The notes: a model not told the origin generated them from the sequence alone. DNA of 63,224 bases, filler included, from Reticulomyxa filosa (GCA_000512085.1; 18 parts of 18 records of this genome joined end to end with filler, not necessarily neighbours in it), one strand, 5' to 3'; numbered from the whole stretch's first letter, positions 1 through 11,537 are shown. Translations and numbers: made by a program.

Positions 1-47
1 TTTTTTTTTAAAACAAAAAAAAATAAAAAAAAAAAAAAAAAAATAAG

Positions 48-1239
48 CTCTATGTGCCTGACGAACAATGCTGGCAAAAGTTTTTGAAATGGGAGGAAAC
101 ACAACGGGCCAATTTACAACCGCTGACGAAAGAGCCCAAAGAACTCGAAAGGGAACGAGCGTTCAACTGGAAGGAACACCACTCGTATCGCCACATTGTG
201 ACTCAGATGGAACTGCAGTTCAAATCGCTCACTGAAATGCAACAGGGCACGGGCATTGAATTGCCCGACGGCGTTCAAACCCATTTATGGCAACCCTTGG
301 AATGCTTCTATCGAAAGGAAGAGTCCACTTGGTGCATCAAGGTCTCCTTCATTCTCAAAGATAAAAAACCTCATGACGTGTTCCAATTGCTTTGTAACAA
401 TAAAACCAATTTTCCATGGTAAAATACTTCTTGTCTTTTTTATATATGTGTATATATGTTCATATAACATATACATATACATGTATACATATATTATATA
501 ATATATATGTATATATATAATATTATATGTATTATATCTAAAAAAAAAAAAAAAAAAAAAAAAAGGTTCACTAAAGAAATGGAGGAAAGTGCATGTTTGG
601 ATAAGTTGGATGAAAATCACGATATCTATTTAAGCATTTGTCGCACGGAACGAAGTCCGTATCGAACGTTCCGTTTCATGCTGTTGCGTTATTTCGACTC
701 GGATAAACGAAAACAACAGTATCGCGTGTTGATGGCGTCGATTTCAAATTATGATGGTGTGGTCAGCAAAGACGGATTCCGGGATGAAAAAAAAGTAGAC
801 ATAAATGCTGGGAATAGCAGTCCATTGGTTTCTCCACTCGGCTCGCCTATATCCTCCAGTCCGACTCTTGCATTCAACAAACTCAAATTAGGAGGACCCG
901 TCAATGCCAGTCGCTCCACCCCTGGAAATACTCGACAATCCCGAGAAGGCGACTTTGATCACTTCGACATTATGCTATCCTCTGGCTTTGAAGTGTCGCC
1001 CATGAAAGATGATAGTACAAGCACGCGAGTCAGTTTGTACTGGCAATTGACTGGAGAAAGTGTTATGTCCTTTTTTTTTTAGAAAGACTTTTATTATATA
1101 CATCAAATATTGTCTTGCCTTGAATATATAAATTATGTATTGCTTACAGGTACTACTCTTTTCGGCAGATTTGCTTGAAGAATCCAAAGAATTACGCCAA
1201 TCTGTTTTGAATATTGTTGAGTTGGTCAACAAGAAATAA
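48..1239 (+). CDS. START/SRPBCC lipid-transfer domain protein, 5'-partial; exons 48-418, 566-1061, 1150-1239
   Basis: GT-AG introns 419-565 and 1062-1149 join in frame. The product (PHDVFQLLCNNKTNFPW-FTKEMEESACLDKLDENHDIYLSI...PYRTFRFMLLRYF...YRVLMASI...SSGFEVSPM...TRVSLYWQLTG-ESVLLFSADLL) follows the START-domain pattern. Confidence 0.6.
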
Positions 1240-1935
1240 TGTTGTCAAAAATCTGAAAATGTCGCAAATGAAACAAAAGTTGAAGAACAAGTTTCTAACT
1301 GTGAAGCATTGCTATTTGTGGCTGTTCATAAAGTTTTATTTTTTGCACAAATTATTAAAAAAAAATATCACCATCCACAGACCATACTTTCCATTTTTCT
1401 TACAAAGCGACAATCCCAGCAATATAGTACAAATAAATTGCAATACATATTCTTTAATTTTAAACAGCTCCAGTGTGCATCTCGTTCATTCTGCATCTCA
1501 TTTATTTCTAATACTTAAAGATTAACGCCTTGTAAAGTATATTTTTTATTATGTCGAATTCATGCAAGCGTCACTACAAACTCTTTTCATTCGTCTTTTC
1601 ACATCTAATCTTATTCTTTCATTAAGCATTAATAGCGCAAGCAAAAAAAAGTTTGTGATACACGAGTTTTCCTTAAAAGAGATCTTGCCCCGTTATTGAA
1701 AAATGTCAAATAGTTTTGTTTTTTGACAAAGAATCAAATCCTTTCGTTGAGCTTGTGACAATGTAACTTCTCTTAGAAAGTAATTTAAATAATTTTAAAA
1801 AGTATATTCGTGTTAGGCTTTGTTTAATTTCTTGGGGAAATGTTTTTGTTTTTCTACCCTTTCGTGTCAAATTTTTTCCCTGGAGAATTAAAAAAAAATT
1901 CGCGTAATAAAGTGATCTTTTCATAACGTTTTATA

Positions 1936-2750
1936 ATGCAAGCCCGAATAAAAAAGGAACTAGATGATTTTCAGAAAAAGAAGAAAGATGGTTCAGGAGT
2001 AGAAGCAGAAACAGTAGGAAAAGACATGCAACACTGGATTGGACGTTTGATAGGTCCCAAGGACACGCCATATGAAGGTGGAATTTTCACAGTTGATATT
2101 CAAATTCCCGATCAATATCCATTTTCCCCTCCCAAATGTACCTTCAATACACGAGTATGGCATCCGAATATATCATCTCAAACAGGGGCAATATGTTTGG
2201 ACATATTGAAAGACCAATGGTCACCAGCAATGACAATAAGAACGGTACTTCTATCTTTGCAAGCACTGTTGTGCGCACCAGAACCGGACGATCCTCAAGT
2301 AAAAAAAAAAATGCTTTTAAAGTCAATAAAACATGAGAATGACATATTTATTATACTTTTTGTGTTTATGCGTATTTTCTTCTCGACTAATGTGAGAGGA
2401 ATGTGCAACGTATTTGAATTTCGAAAAAAATATCCCCAATTTTTTTAACTTATTTAGGGTCGTGCTGACTAGTGAACAAATTCACACAAAATTTTTTTTT
2501 GAAATGGTGGTGGGGATGTTGAACAATAGGATGCTCAAGTGGCGAAACAATATAAATCCAATCCAAAAGAATTTGCAAAACAAGCAGCCGAGTGGACAAA
2601 AGAATATGCCAAAGAGGCGTTGAAAGTTGATGAACAAGAACAAAAAATTAAAAAATTATGGACTTGGGAATCAAAAGAGACCATGCCCGCGCCGAACTTG
2701 TCAAAAATGGTTGGGATGTTGAGGCTGCTACAAAATCTCTATTGGGATAA
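1936..2750 (+). CDS. UBE2K: Ubiquitin-conjugating enzyme E2 with C-terminal UBA domain (UBE2K/Ubc1 type)
   Basis: Contains [17 protein letters not shown] and [24 protein letters not shown] (catalytic Cys). Intron 2299-2529 joins PDDPQ to DAQVA. The UBA ([31 protein letters not shown]) appears after adding one A to the A6 run at 2650-2655. Confidence 0.92.
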
Positions 2751-5072
2751 ATACTTTTTTTTAATTAGAAAAGGTCACTCCTTCCTCAGTTGTGGCTTTT
2801 TTTTTGTGCCTTCTTTTTTTGCAGAAGTAATGTTGTTTTTCTTTTAAATCTTTCCTAATCCTTCTGAAAACTGAATCTTCAACAAACATTGCTATTTCTC
2901 TTCTTACAAAAGCATTATTTTTTTGGAAATTTTTGTTCAGATAATATCCAGAAATTTCGTATTTTTGTTATATTTTTGGGTTTGATAACAGTCTCTATAT
3001 TTTGTAGAGTTGCTATTTCAGGTGCTTTTCATACGCATTTTTAAATCAAGATCATGGCTAATTTGCATTTCTAACTGGTCATCTTCTCTTGACCATCATC
3101 TCCTCACAAATTCAGTATTTTCAAAATTTGTGCTTACGTCCAGCAAGTCCAAATAGAGAGGTAATTATGCAAAACTCTCATTTTTATGAGATTCCACTCT
3201 TTTTATATGAAAAAAAGTGTAGGGCAAGGTTCAGCAAGAAAAGATGTTCGAAGCCACTTGTGAAAGCGTCGTTCTTTTCACAGGAATCGTTTTGGTTCAT
3301 TGCGTATAATGCTTTCATCATAGCACACAAATATAACTGTTACTACTTGTGACATGTACTACTATGCGAGTTTGTTACTGTTGTCTGAAAAAGACAATGA
3401 TACTTGATAGATCTGCTATTGTGCAACTTTTCACCTAATATTTAATCCTTGCGTGTAGATATCACTTTTTTTCTTGGAATATAAAGAAAATAATGAAACA
3501 AAGATCGGGATCGTTACAACACAAGTTCAATTGTGAATTCAATCCACAACTCGATCTTCAAGCTTATGCATGTGCAATAAAAAGATTATTATTTGAACAT
3601 GACTAGTAGATGATGCTTACTTGGTTACTTTTGCTATTTTTTTCTTTTTGTGTAATAATTTATGGATGAAAAAACTTTCATTGTTCGTATTTCAGGCGTA
3701 ATGTTATTACATTCATTGGAAACGGGTAATACAATGAATTCATCTTTGCCAAACAAAAATATTTTTCATTTGCTAATTAAAAAAAATCTTAATTGTGGAG
3801 TCTTGTCCAACAATGTATAAATTTTTAACTGGGGAACGTCCACTTACTTGCAAATACTGTTGTTTCTAATAGACAAACTTAGCGTTTAAACAGTAAAAAA
3901 AGATAAAAATGAATTTTGAAAGAAGATATTTATTGCAGGCTCTTTTTCTTTAAAATGTGCACACTACAACACGTGTACTCCCAACAGTGCGACGGAGTCA
4001 TTTTCCAGTGATAACAAGCAAACGTACGACAAGGATAACAGCAATGACAAGCGGCCCGACCATCATCAAGACAAATCTACTTCTGTATCTGATGGTGACT
4101 GCCAGATCAAACAATTGGAAAAAAAGAGAAGGTCCAAGACAATATCTTGATCTCACTAACTCAAAATAGCCAATTGTTTCTTTTATGCTATTGGTATACA
4201 TTTTTACAAAATAGTAAGTGAAAACTACAAGTTTTGTGAGTCTTTAAATGTCTTTTTTCAACATCTCTCCATTATTAATGGTACTCGTTTTAAGGTTATT
4301 CTTCGTTGACACTAATTTTGTACAAGTTTTATGATTTGTTTTTCATAAATAAAACTGCTGCAATACACAAAATGGATGCCCCTTCCTTCTTTTTTAAATG
4401 AAAAAAATATTAAAACAAGACTTATTTTGATGTTCCAATTTTCAGTTGATTTGTTACAAAAGTAGGACAGGGTTCCCTTTAAGCATTATACGCCTTTTCA
4501 AAGCTTATACTTCCGTTGCTTTATGAAAAAGATGCCTTTGTCAAAAAATATTGCATAAATTCAATAAACGGGAAAAATTACTACACAAGTGTACTGTAAA
4601 AAAGAGATGTTAAAACAACAAAGTTTGAAGAAAGCCCCTTTTCTCTCTCAGCAACAGTTGTGCACACAAAGCTTATTCATCGCTTTTCTTCTTTTAGTTT
4701 ACCCTGTTCTCATGTCTTCTCAATATATTTGTCAAAGGTTTCTTTAATGGATATACCACTCGTATTACAAACTTTAAAAAAACGACCGCAACATTATTTG
4801 AAAAACAAATACACTTCAAATTGTAGGCCATCGTAAATTAATGTTTTTTTTTCAACTGCTGATGTCCATTAAAATTAATGTTCGCATGAGTACAAATACT
4901 TCATAATCTGTTCAAGCAAAAAAAAAAAAATGTTAAAAAAATCTGTCGTTATTCTTATAACTTTTGTTGGTGTAGTTATAAGATAGCTAAAAGCAGCTGC
5001 ATTCAAGGTATCAACAAAATATTTATATACTCCCTTTTTAAAAAAAAGATAACATTAACAATTTATAATACA

Positions 5073-5531
5073 GGTTGGCGACGCGTGGAGAGTACGGGGT
5101 CCCGAAATCCACAGCACCAAATGAAAGTGGCTGCAAAGTGCATGACATGACACATGCGAAAAAAGAAGACAATGAGTGCGAAAATAAAAAGCACCATATG
5201 TCTTCTAAAAAGTGGTGCCACGAATAAATAGTCTTGGGACAAACAGTCCCATAGACTATACAAAAATGAAACAAAAAAGTGGACCACTAGAAAAGCATGT
5301 GGAAAGAACCTGGGGAGTAAGGGGCCCTGAAACCCAAGGTTCAAATCATGCATGCACTTTTACATGCGTGGAAGCAAATCTGAGCAGAGGACTCAGATTT
5401 AGCTGTGGAATGGCATTCAAAATAGCCAACCGAGCAATGGGTGACAGCGTGTGTGAGACCCATTGTCTGAGTAAGAATGCCACCACCATCCCGCATGATG
5501 GAGACGACCAGAACACCAACAGTTAATTTTT
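5073..5531 (+). ncRNA. Large structured non-coding RNA candidate, class unknown
   Basis: GC-richer island with about 10 consecutive stems, A-rich linkers, G-U pairs favouring the + strand, two GAGUA/GAAA loop-E hairpins and a T5 run at 5527-5531. See findings for helix coordinates. Confidence 0.7.
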
Positions 5532-5619
5532 GTTTTCGTTTTTGCATCAATTGTACTGTTAATAACAATTGATTGTGAGTGAACCCTTTTTTTTTTTTTT
5601 AAGTGTTTGCGTTTTTTTT

Positions 5620-5683
5620 TGTCGCGTGTCATAATCACCCTTATTTGTTGCGTGCCATAATCACCCTTATCTGTTGCGTGCCA
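5620..5683. repeat. 26-bp tandem repeat, about 2.5 copies (tgtYgcgtgYcataatcacccttatY)
   Basis: Units at 5620-5645, 5646-5671 and a partial unit at 5672-5683. The TTTGTCGCG core recurs near 5755 and 5803. Confidence 0.85.
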
Positions 5684-6788
5684 GTTTTACTTACTCATTG
5701 TTTAACTTCAATTTTGTAAAGAGCACTTTTTTATAACAATTGTTTGAAGAACTTTTTGTCGCGTGTCAAGACGTTCCTGCTAGTCGTGTATGAAGAAATT
5801 CGTTTGTCGCGCATAAAGATTGTTTTTGAAGAAATTACTGTTTTTTTACATTTTAAGTTGTTGTGTGTTTGTTGTCATCCCCTTTTTTTTTTTTTGGCGT
5901 GTTTCGCTTTTGTCAACCTTTTTTGTAATTTTCTTGCTCATGTGCATCTCCTTTCTTTTTTTGCAAAGTGCTCTTTACATTAAATTACATTAATTGAATA
6001 AATTTAGAAATGTTTAAAATAAGATGACTGGAGAGTTTCTCTTTCTCAAATGTATTCACTTTGATTGCAGTAGAAATCCGTGTACACTTGGATAATCCAT
6101 TCTTAATCGGATTTCACAATCCTTTCAATTTGAAACGGAACTGTCTTGGGTAAGATGATTTGTTCTTTTGGACACAGTGGTTGAACCAAAAAATAATAAT
6201 TCAGCTTTCTCTGTCCAAACCAGGAGGAGAGAGTCGAATTGCAGTTTTAAATAGTTCATGAAACGAGCAAGCATAATTTTCCATTCGAATGGCAAGGAGC
6301 CGTGAGCTTTTTTTTTTTTGCACACTAGGAAAGGGAACCCAGTGACCACACATGTAAAAGAACGCGACATAATTTTTGATGACAAATATGATGGAAACTT
6401 TTCCTTGTCAAGTGATATTTTGAGCCAAAAGAGAAGTGAGCTGCTATGGTAGAAAATAAAACACCCAAGCGAATATTTTTTTAAAAAATGATTATCTTAA
6501 AATCGAACCAAAAATGCAAAACAATCTTGTGCAACAAACCATTTTATACTATAGCAGCCCAACAAGAAGAGGAAAAAAAAGAAATTGCAGACACCCTTTA
6601 TTGTATTAAACATCTAAACAAACCTAGAAAAAAAACAAAACAATTAAAAACAACAAACGATTTCAAAAGGAAAGAGATGTAGTTTCAGTCAGAAGAATAG
6701 TCCATATTTGAATAGGTGTTAGGATTTCTATTGACATTGGCATTGGAAGCAGGTAGTTTGTTATCTTTTTGGAACTGTCTGTATTTGG

Positions 6789-7354
6789 CTAGAGCAGGTG
6801 AAGACCGGCTTTGCCACTGTGCATATATTCGGAAGAAGACTCGGTATTAGAGTTGGTTTGCGGGACGCGTTCGGTGAAAGTCAAGGTTCCTTTGTTATTT
6901 TTGACAGCATTCGAAACAGCACGTTCTCCAGTGGCATTATTAAAATTGTTTATCTCCTGACTTTTCAACATTCCATTTTGAATTTTGCCATTTGAATACA
7001 TATTTCTATTGTCACTCTCCGCAGCACTGCGATAGGCTTTACCACTTTGGAGAGCAGCATTGTAACGAGTCGTATTGTCATGGTGATCTTCATCGTCATC
7101 AGTTCCGTCATGGTAGCGAGGGGCAGTATTGGATTGAGGAACTTCCCTTTCTTTTTCTTTTTCTCTTTCTTTGTTTCTCACGGACTTGTTGGTCAATGCG
7201 GTCTTATTGTACTCCTGTCCTGTCCCACTGTCATTGGTTCCGCTGCGCTTCCTTTCCAACGCTTCGATCGCATCGGGCGACTTACTGCGTAGCGGTTCGA
7301 CTTGTCCGATCGACGTCATATCTCGCAACTGTCTTCTTTCTTGTCGGCGACGAC
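6789..7354 (-). CDS. Terminal exon of a hypothetical low-complexity protein, 5'-partial
   Basis: 179-aa hydrophilic ORF with an AG acceptor at 7356-7355. A plausible continuation (SPALAKYRQFQKDNK...YSSD*) lies in another frame past 6800. Confidence 0.5.
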
Positions 7355-7438
7355 CTTTGTAATCGACCCAAGAGAAGCAGGGGAGGGAGGGAGGGAGGTG
7401 TAAAAAAAAAAAAAAAATGGTTTTATTTGTCTTTTTTT

Positions 7439-7538
7439 NNNNNNNNNNNNNNNNNNNNNNNNNNNNNNNNNNNNNNNNNNNNTTAATTAATTAANNNNNN
7501 NNNNNNNNNNNNNNNNNNNNNNNNNNNNNNNNNNNNNN
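7439..7538. other. Artificial contig spacer N44-TTAATTAATTAA-N44 (stops in all six frames), first of 17
   Basis: Identical 100-nt spacers start at 7439, 11836, 16343, 18722, 20710, 24207, 25930, 27522, 32082, 34448, 40279, 53780, 55530, 56838, 58156, 59435 and 61949. Confidence 0.99.
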
Positions 7539-7652
7539 TTTAAAAAAAAAAAAACCCCTTTTTTTTTTTTTTTTTTTTTTTTAGAACTTAATTCATGGAC
7601 AAACAATTAACGAAGATAAGTACTTTAAAAAAATAAATAAAAAAAAAATAAG

Positions 7653-8289
7653 AGCAATTTGTAGTGAAGCAGCTCGCACAAAACGGGTAGTAGCAGCTCA
7701 TTGCCATGGCAAAGAGGGTATATTGGCAGCGATCCGCAATGGGGCGACGACGATCGAGCATGGCTCGTACTTGGACAAGGAGTGCGTGGAGCTGATGAAA
7801 AAGAAGAACATGATTTTGGTGCCGACGCGGTTCATCGTGGAGACGTACTTTGGCACGATCCACGCGACTGGGAAAAAACCTTCGACCATGTCCGAGGAGG
7901 CATTTCGCAAAGGAGTGGCGGTGTATGACACAAGTTTGGCGGCATTGAAATTGGCGGTCCAAGAGGGAGTAACCATTGCTTGTGGGACAGACATGAGCTT
8001 CCCTCAATGGGGAAGGAACGGGGAAGAACTCAAGTATTATGTCGCCGCAGGAATGACTCCTTTGCAAGCCATTGAGACGGCCACTGCAAATGGTCCCAAA
8101 ACTATTGGCGATTTTTATGCGCCCAAAAGTGGTCTGTTAAAAGCTGGCTATGACGCTGATGTCATTGTTTTGTCCAAAAATCCTCTTGATGATATTACTC
8201 TCTTGTCTGATGCTAACAATGTCTTGATGGTTTGGAAAATGGGAAGACTTGTAAAAAATATATCATCTTTCAAAAAATCACACTCCTAA
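7653..8289 (+). CDS. Metal-dependent amidohydrolase (Xaa-Pro dipeptidase/ochratoxinase-like), C-terminal exon
   Basis: Metal-ligand motifs VAAHCHG, TIEHG and IACGTD, followed by GMTPLQAIETATANG and GLLKAGYDADVIVLSKNPLDDI. Confidence 0.88.
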
Positions 8290-10211
8290 TTTCGCTACTC
8301 ACAGACTGTCCTTTCTAAAAACTCTTTTCTTTTCACTTGCGTTCCCAACATTCTCTCTTCAATCAAAATAATTTTTAAACAATGTTTAACAGATCATTTT
8401 CTATTTTTACTTTTTTTTCTTTTGTGGAAAGAAAAATATCAACGCTGGTGATCTGTACCAAGATTGCGAATGATCGATCTCGTACTAACAGTCTTTTTCA
8501 ACGGACTGATATTATAACCATAGCAATTCTAGCAATAGGCTTAGTAACAGTGATAATAATAATACAAAAAACAAGAACATTCAACAACGATGTATATAAC
8601 GACAGCAATGATCCCAGTGCTAAAAATACATATTTTTGGGCTGATCAAAGCATGTAAGCAAATAAACATTCGATACAACAAAATTGCAAAATTGAAGGAA
8701 TTGAGCATTTTTTCATTCAATGAATTAGATTCGTGTTTTGAAAGTCATTCGATATACATGGCATTTGAACACGAAAAGAAAAAACCGAAGACAAAATTTT
8801 TTGGTTGATACACTCAATTGAGAAAAATATGTTGACATCAAATTTTTAAAATTTTAGACAAATAATTTTTGGGATCATAATTGTATACTTCATATAATTG
8901 TACAAACTTAGTACAATCTAAATATTTCACAAATTTTAATGCTGCCATACTTTGTCTTTGTCATGTAAATACTTTGCTAATTGACTACAAACATCTTTGC
9001 TTAAAAATTTCATAATAATATTATTTTGCACGCAAAAAATTCTGTTTGTCAGTTTTTAAAATATACTAAATTTTAAAAAAATATTGTTATGAAAATTTCC
9101 AAAAAAAAAAGTGTAATGAAGAAAAATAAATGGGTATTTATGTTTGGTTCGTTAATGTAGATGTTTGCATTTTGAAAAAATAAAATAAAACAAAATATAT
9201 ATGAATGACATCCCCTTGACACCGGCAACACGTCAGCAAGTTCTCACATTATGAGTGCAACTTGATAGTCTAAGTATATCCAACTGACTATCATAACATG
9301 CATAACACTTTTTATAATTATTGTTTCTGTTATTGCAATTTTTAAAAATATTTTTTTTGATTACTTCGTCAAAATATATTATAAAGTTAATTTTTTATTG
9401 GAAAAAATTGAAAATTTAAATAAATTCATTAAATTCTCTTAATTGTGCTGCAAAAAAATTTATTAAAAGAAAACAACGGCAATTTCGAGTGGAACAGCAA
9501 ACTAAAGGGATATTGATTTTTTTTCATTTTTGTTCAACAGATAATAAACAAGAAAAACTAAATGGAATTGTGAAAAAGTACGAAGATTATTACTGTTTTG
9601 ATTTTATTTGTTTTTTAACATGATTATTAACTTAAAGCAAAAGAATTTACTTCAATTTTGAAGCTTGAACTCTATCCAACAAATGCAATAAACTAAATGA
9701 CGAGATATGTCTACGAGCAATTATATCAAATAATTCAGCATATTGGTAATTTTAAACACAAAACGATAAAACAAAATGTGAAAATCAATTAAATTATCTT
9801 AACAAACAAATGATCACTAACATAATAAGACAAACAACAAATGATAAAATGACTAAAACACAAATAACAATCAAAACTACATTAAAAAAGCAATGACAAG
9901 TCCAACAAAGAGCTATTTATTGCTTTTATCTGTATAGCAACACTTAGGCATTGTCCCAGCTAGGTTTGGCTGTTTTGATTCTTTTTCTATTTTGCTAACA
10001 TCTATCTTTGTCATAAAAAAATACCCATATTCAATTGTACGCTCTTGTGCATCCAAATTACCCATTTCCTATAATTTTGAGTAAACTAGAATTAAACAAA
10101 AAAAGTTTTCTTGCAATGGAAAAACAAAACCTGTTTGCTAAGCTAAGACATTAGAAAATAAAATACTTGTTTCTCATTACAAAGTAATAATAAAATAAAT
10201 AATATTTGTGT

Positions 10212-10250
10212 GATTGGTAGAAATGGATATACAATTTGTTCTGGATCATT
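10212..10250 (+). pseudogene. Tiny WD40-family remnant
   Basis: Translates as IGRNGYTICSGS, nearly identical to IGGNGYTICSGS in the WD40 gene near 17770-17806. It is isolated in non-coding DNA. Confidence 0.55.
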
Positions 10251-10862
10251 GTTTAATTTTAGTAAGTTGATTATTATCCTAATTAGTGATGTATTCATAT
10301 GTTTATTCATGTCTTTTGTTTTGTTTAGTTTATTACAATTTTTATGAAGTAAAAAGGGATGATTAAAATCTTATTTCACTTATTAAATTTGCAATTGCAT
10401 AACACAAGACGCAAATATCCTTTGTTGCTATGTTTTTCATTCAAATTTTTCAAAAAAAATCTAAAAAAAATTCTTCAAGAAAAAGTCGACTTGATGATCG
10501 TGAAGATAATCAATAAAATTGTCAAATATTTCAAACAGCTGAAACATTGAATAAATAGTTTCAAAAACACTACTGTCAAAACAATTTTCTCTTTGTTATA
10601 AATCGTTGGGTCCATTAATATGTTTTGTGCGCGCTATGTCCTTTTAGATAATGTGCAAACTTAACTCAAAAAAAATTATTGAAATATTTTATCAATCTAA
10701 AAATTAAAAAGACAGTTTAAATCAACGAATTGCGCACACAAAATATTTGGAACAAGTAATAGTTTTGAAAACAAACCAAAAACACAATCATTTCAAACAA
10801 TGGGCCAAACAAAAGTGGGACGACACTTTCTGAAAAAAGTGCGGACAAAGCGGTGATAATAG

Positions 10863-11537
10863 ATGGAGACCATAGAGGTAGCAAAAACGGCAAATGATGA
10901 AGAAAAGGCACAAAATGATGCTCGTTTCGAGCGTATGCAGCGCATGTTGGCACAGAAACAAGCGAGAAGACAACGAGAAAAAAAGTTGAGTATGTTTTTC
11001 AAAACAACTATGCACTGCCCTATAACGAAATATTTGGGGGGGGGGGGGGAAAAAAAGGAAAAGCGAACAAGAAAGCGGAGATAAGGAAGCTCAAACGGAT
11101 GGACATCATCCAATGTAACCCAAGAAAAAGAGCAAGAGAAGGAAAAAGAAAAGGAGAAAGAGAAAGACAAAGGTAAAGAGAAAGAAAAAGAAAAAGAAAA
11201 AGAAAAAGAGAGTAAAGTAGAAGAAGAAAAAGAGGAACCAAAGGCAAGTGCAGCAACAAACGAAAAAGAAAGTGAGAGCACAGACGCTTCACAGAAAGAA
11301 ATGACACAATTTGAAAAAATGCAAGCGCGAATGGCAGCACGACAAAAAGGGCGAAAAGATGGACCAAAGACAAGCAACGCCCCGAAGAAAGTGGTGAAAG
11401 TAGAAAAGAAGATCGACCCGTTGCGAAACACGCCACCGTTGATTGTTCGGAATCAAAGACTGCGAGAAAAGCGCGCTGACATTGTGGACATTCCAATGTC
11501 GGAGAGACAAGCCGTTGGCAGAGAAGTTGATTCATAG
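10863..11537 (+). CDS. Hypothetical charged/coiled-coil protein, 5' part
   Basis: ATG at 10863. Intron 10990-11085 restores the frame into an EK-repeat exon. A further exon (FEVGDLIYY|gtaagt) may lie near 11753-11780. Confidence 0.55.

Noticed and set aside
3089-4170. Possible gene between UBE2K and the structured RNA
   Set aside because: Only a short hydrophilic frame after an AG near 3938. I could not build a consistent exon chain or find a domain.
5225-5262. Group I intron P7 (GACUA/UAGUC) or U3 snoRNA 5' end (AGACUAUAC)
   Set aside because: The elements are in the wrong order and form a local hairpin. U3 box A and the other boxes are absent.
5306-5342. SSU rRNA fragment (resembles CCTGGGGAGTACGG...GAAACTCAAAGG, helix 27)
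   Set aside because: It lacks the GCAA tetraloop and the downstream GAATTGACGG, and no other rRNA motifs are nearby. The similarity reflects the shared loop-E motif.
5038-5638. Overlapping short ORFs across the structured island (including WRVRGPE/WGVRGPE repeats)
   Set aside because: The first repeat's frame is full of stops and no domain is recognisable. The repeat is better explained by the RNA motif.
7439-7538. Regularly recurring TTAATTAATTAA flanked by Ns as a repeat or CRISPR-like array
   Set aside because: Identical 44N+12+44N format with six-frame stops shows an artificial contig joiner. ORFs ending in 'LIN' are artefacts of it.
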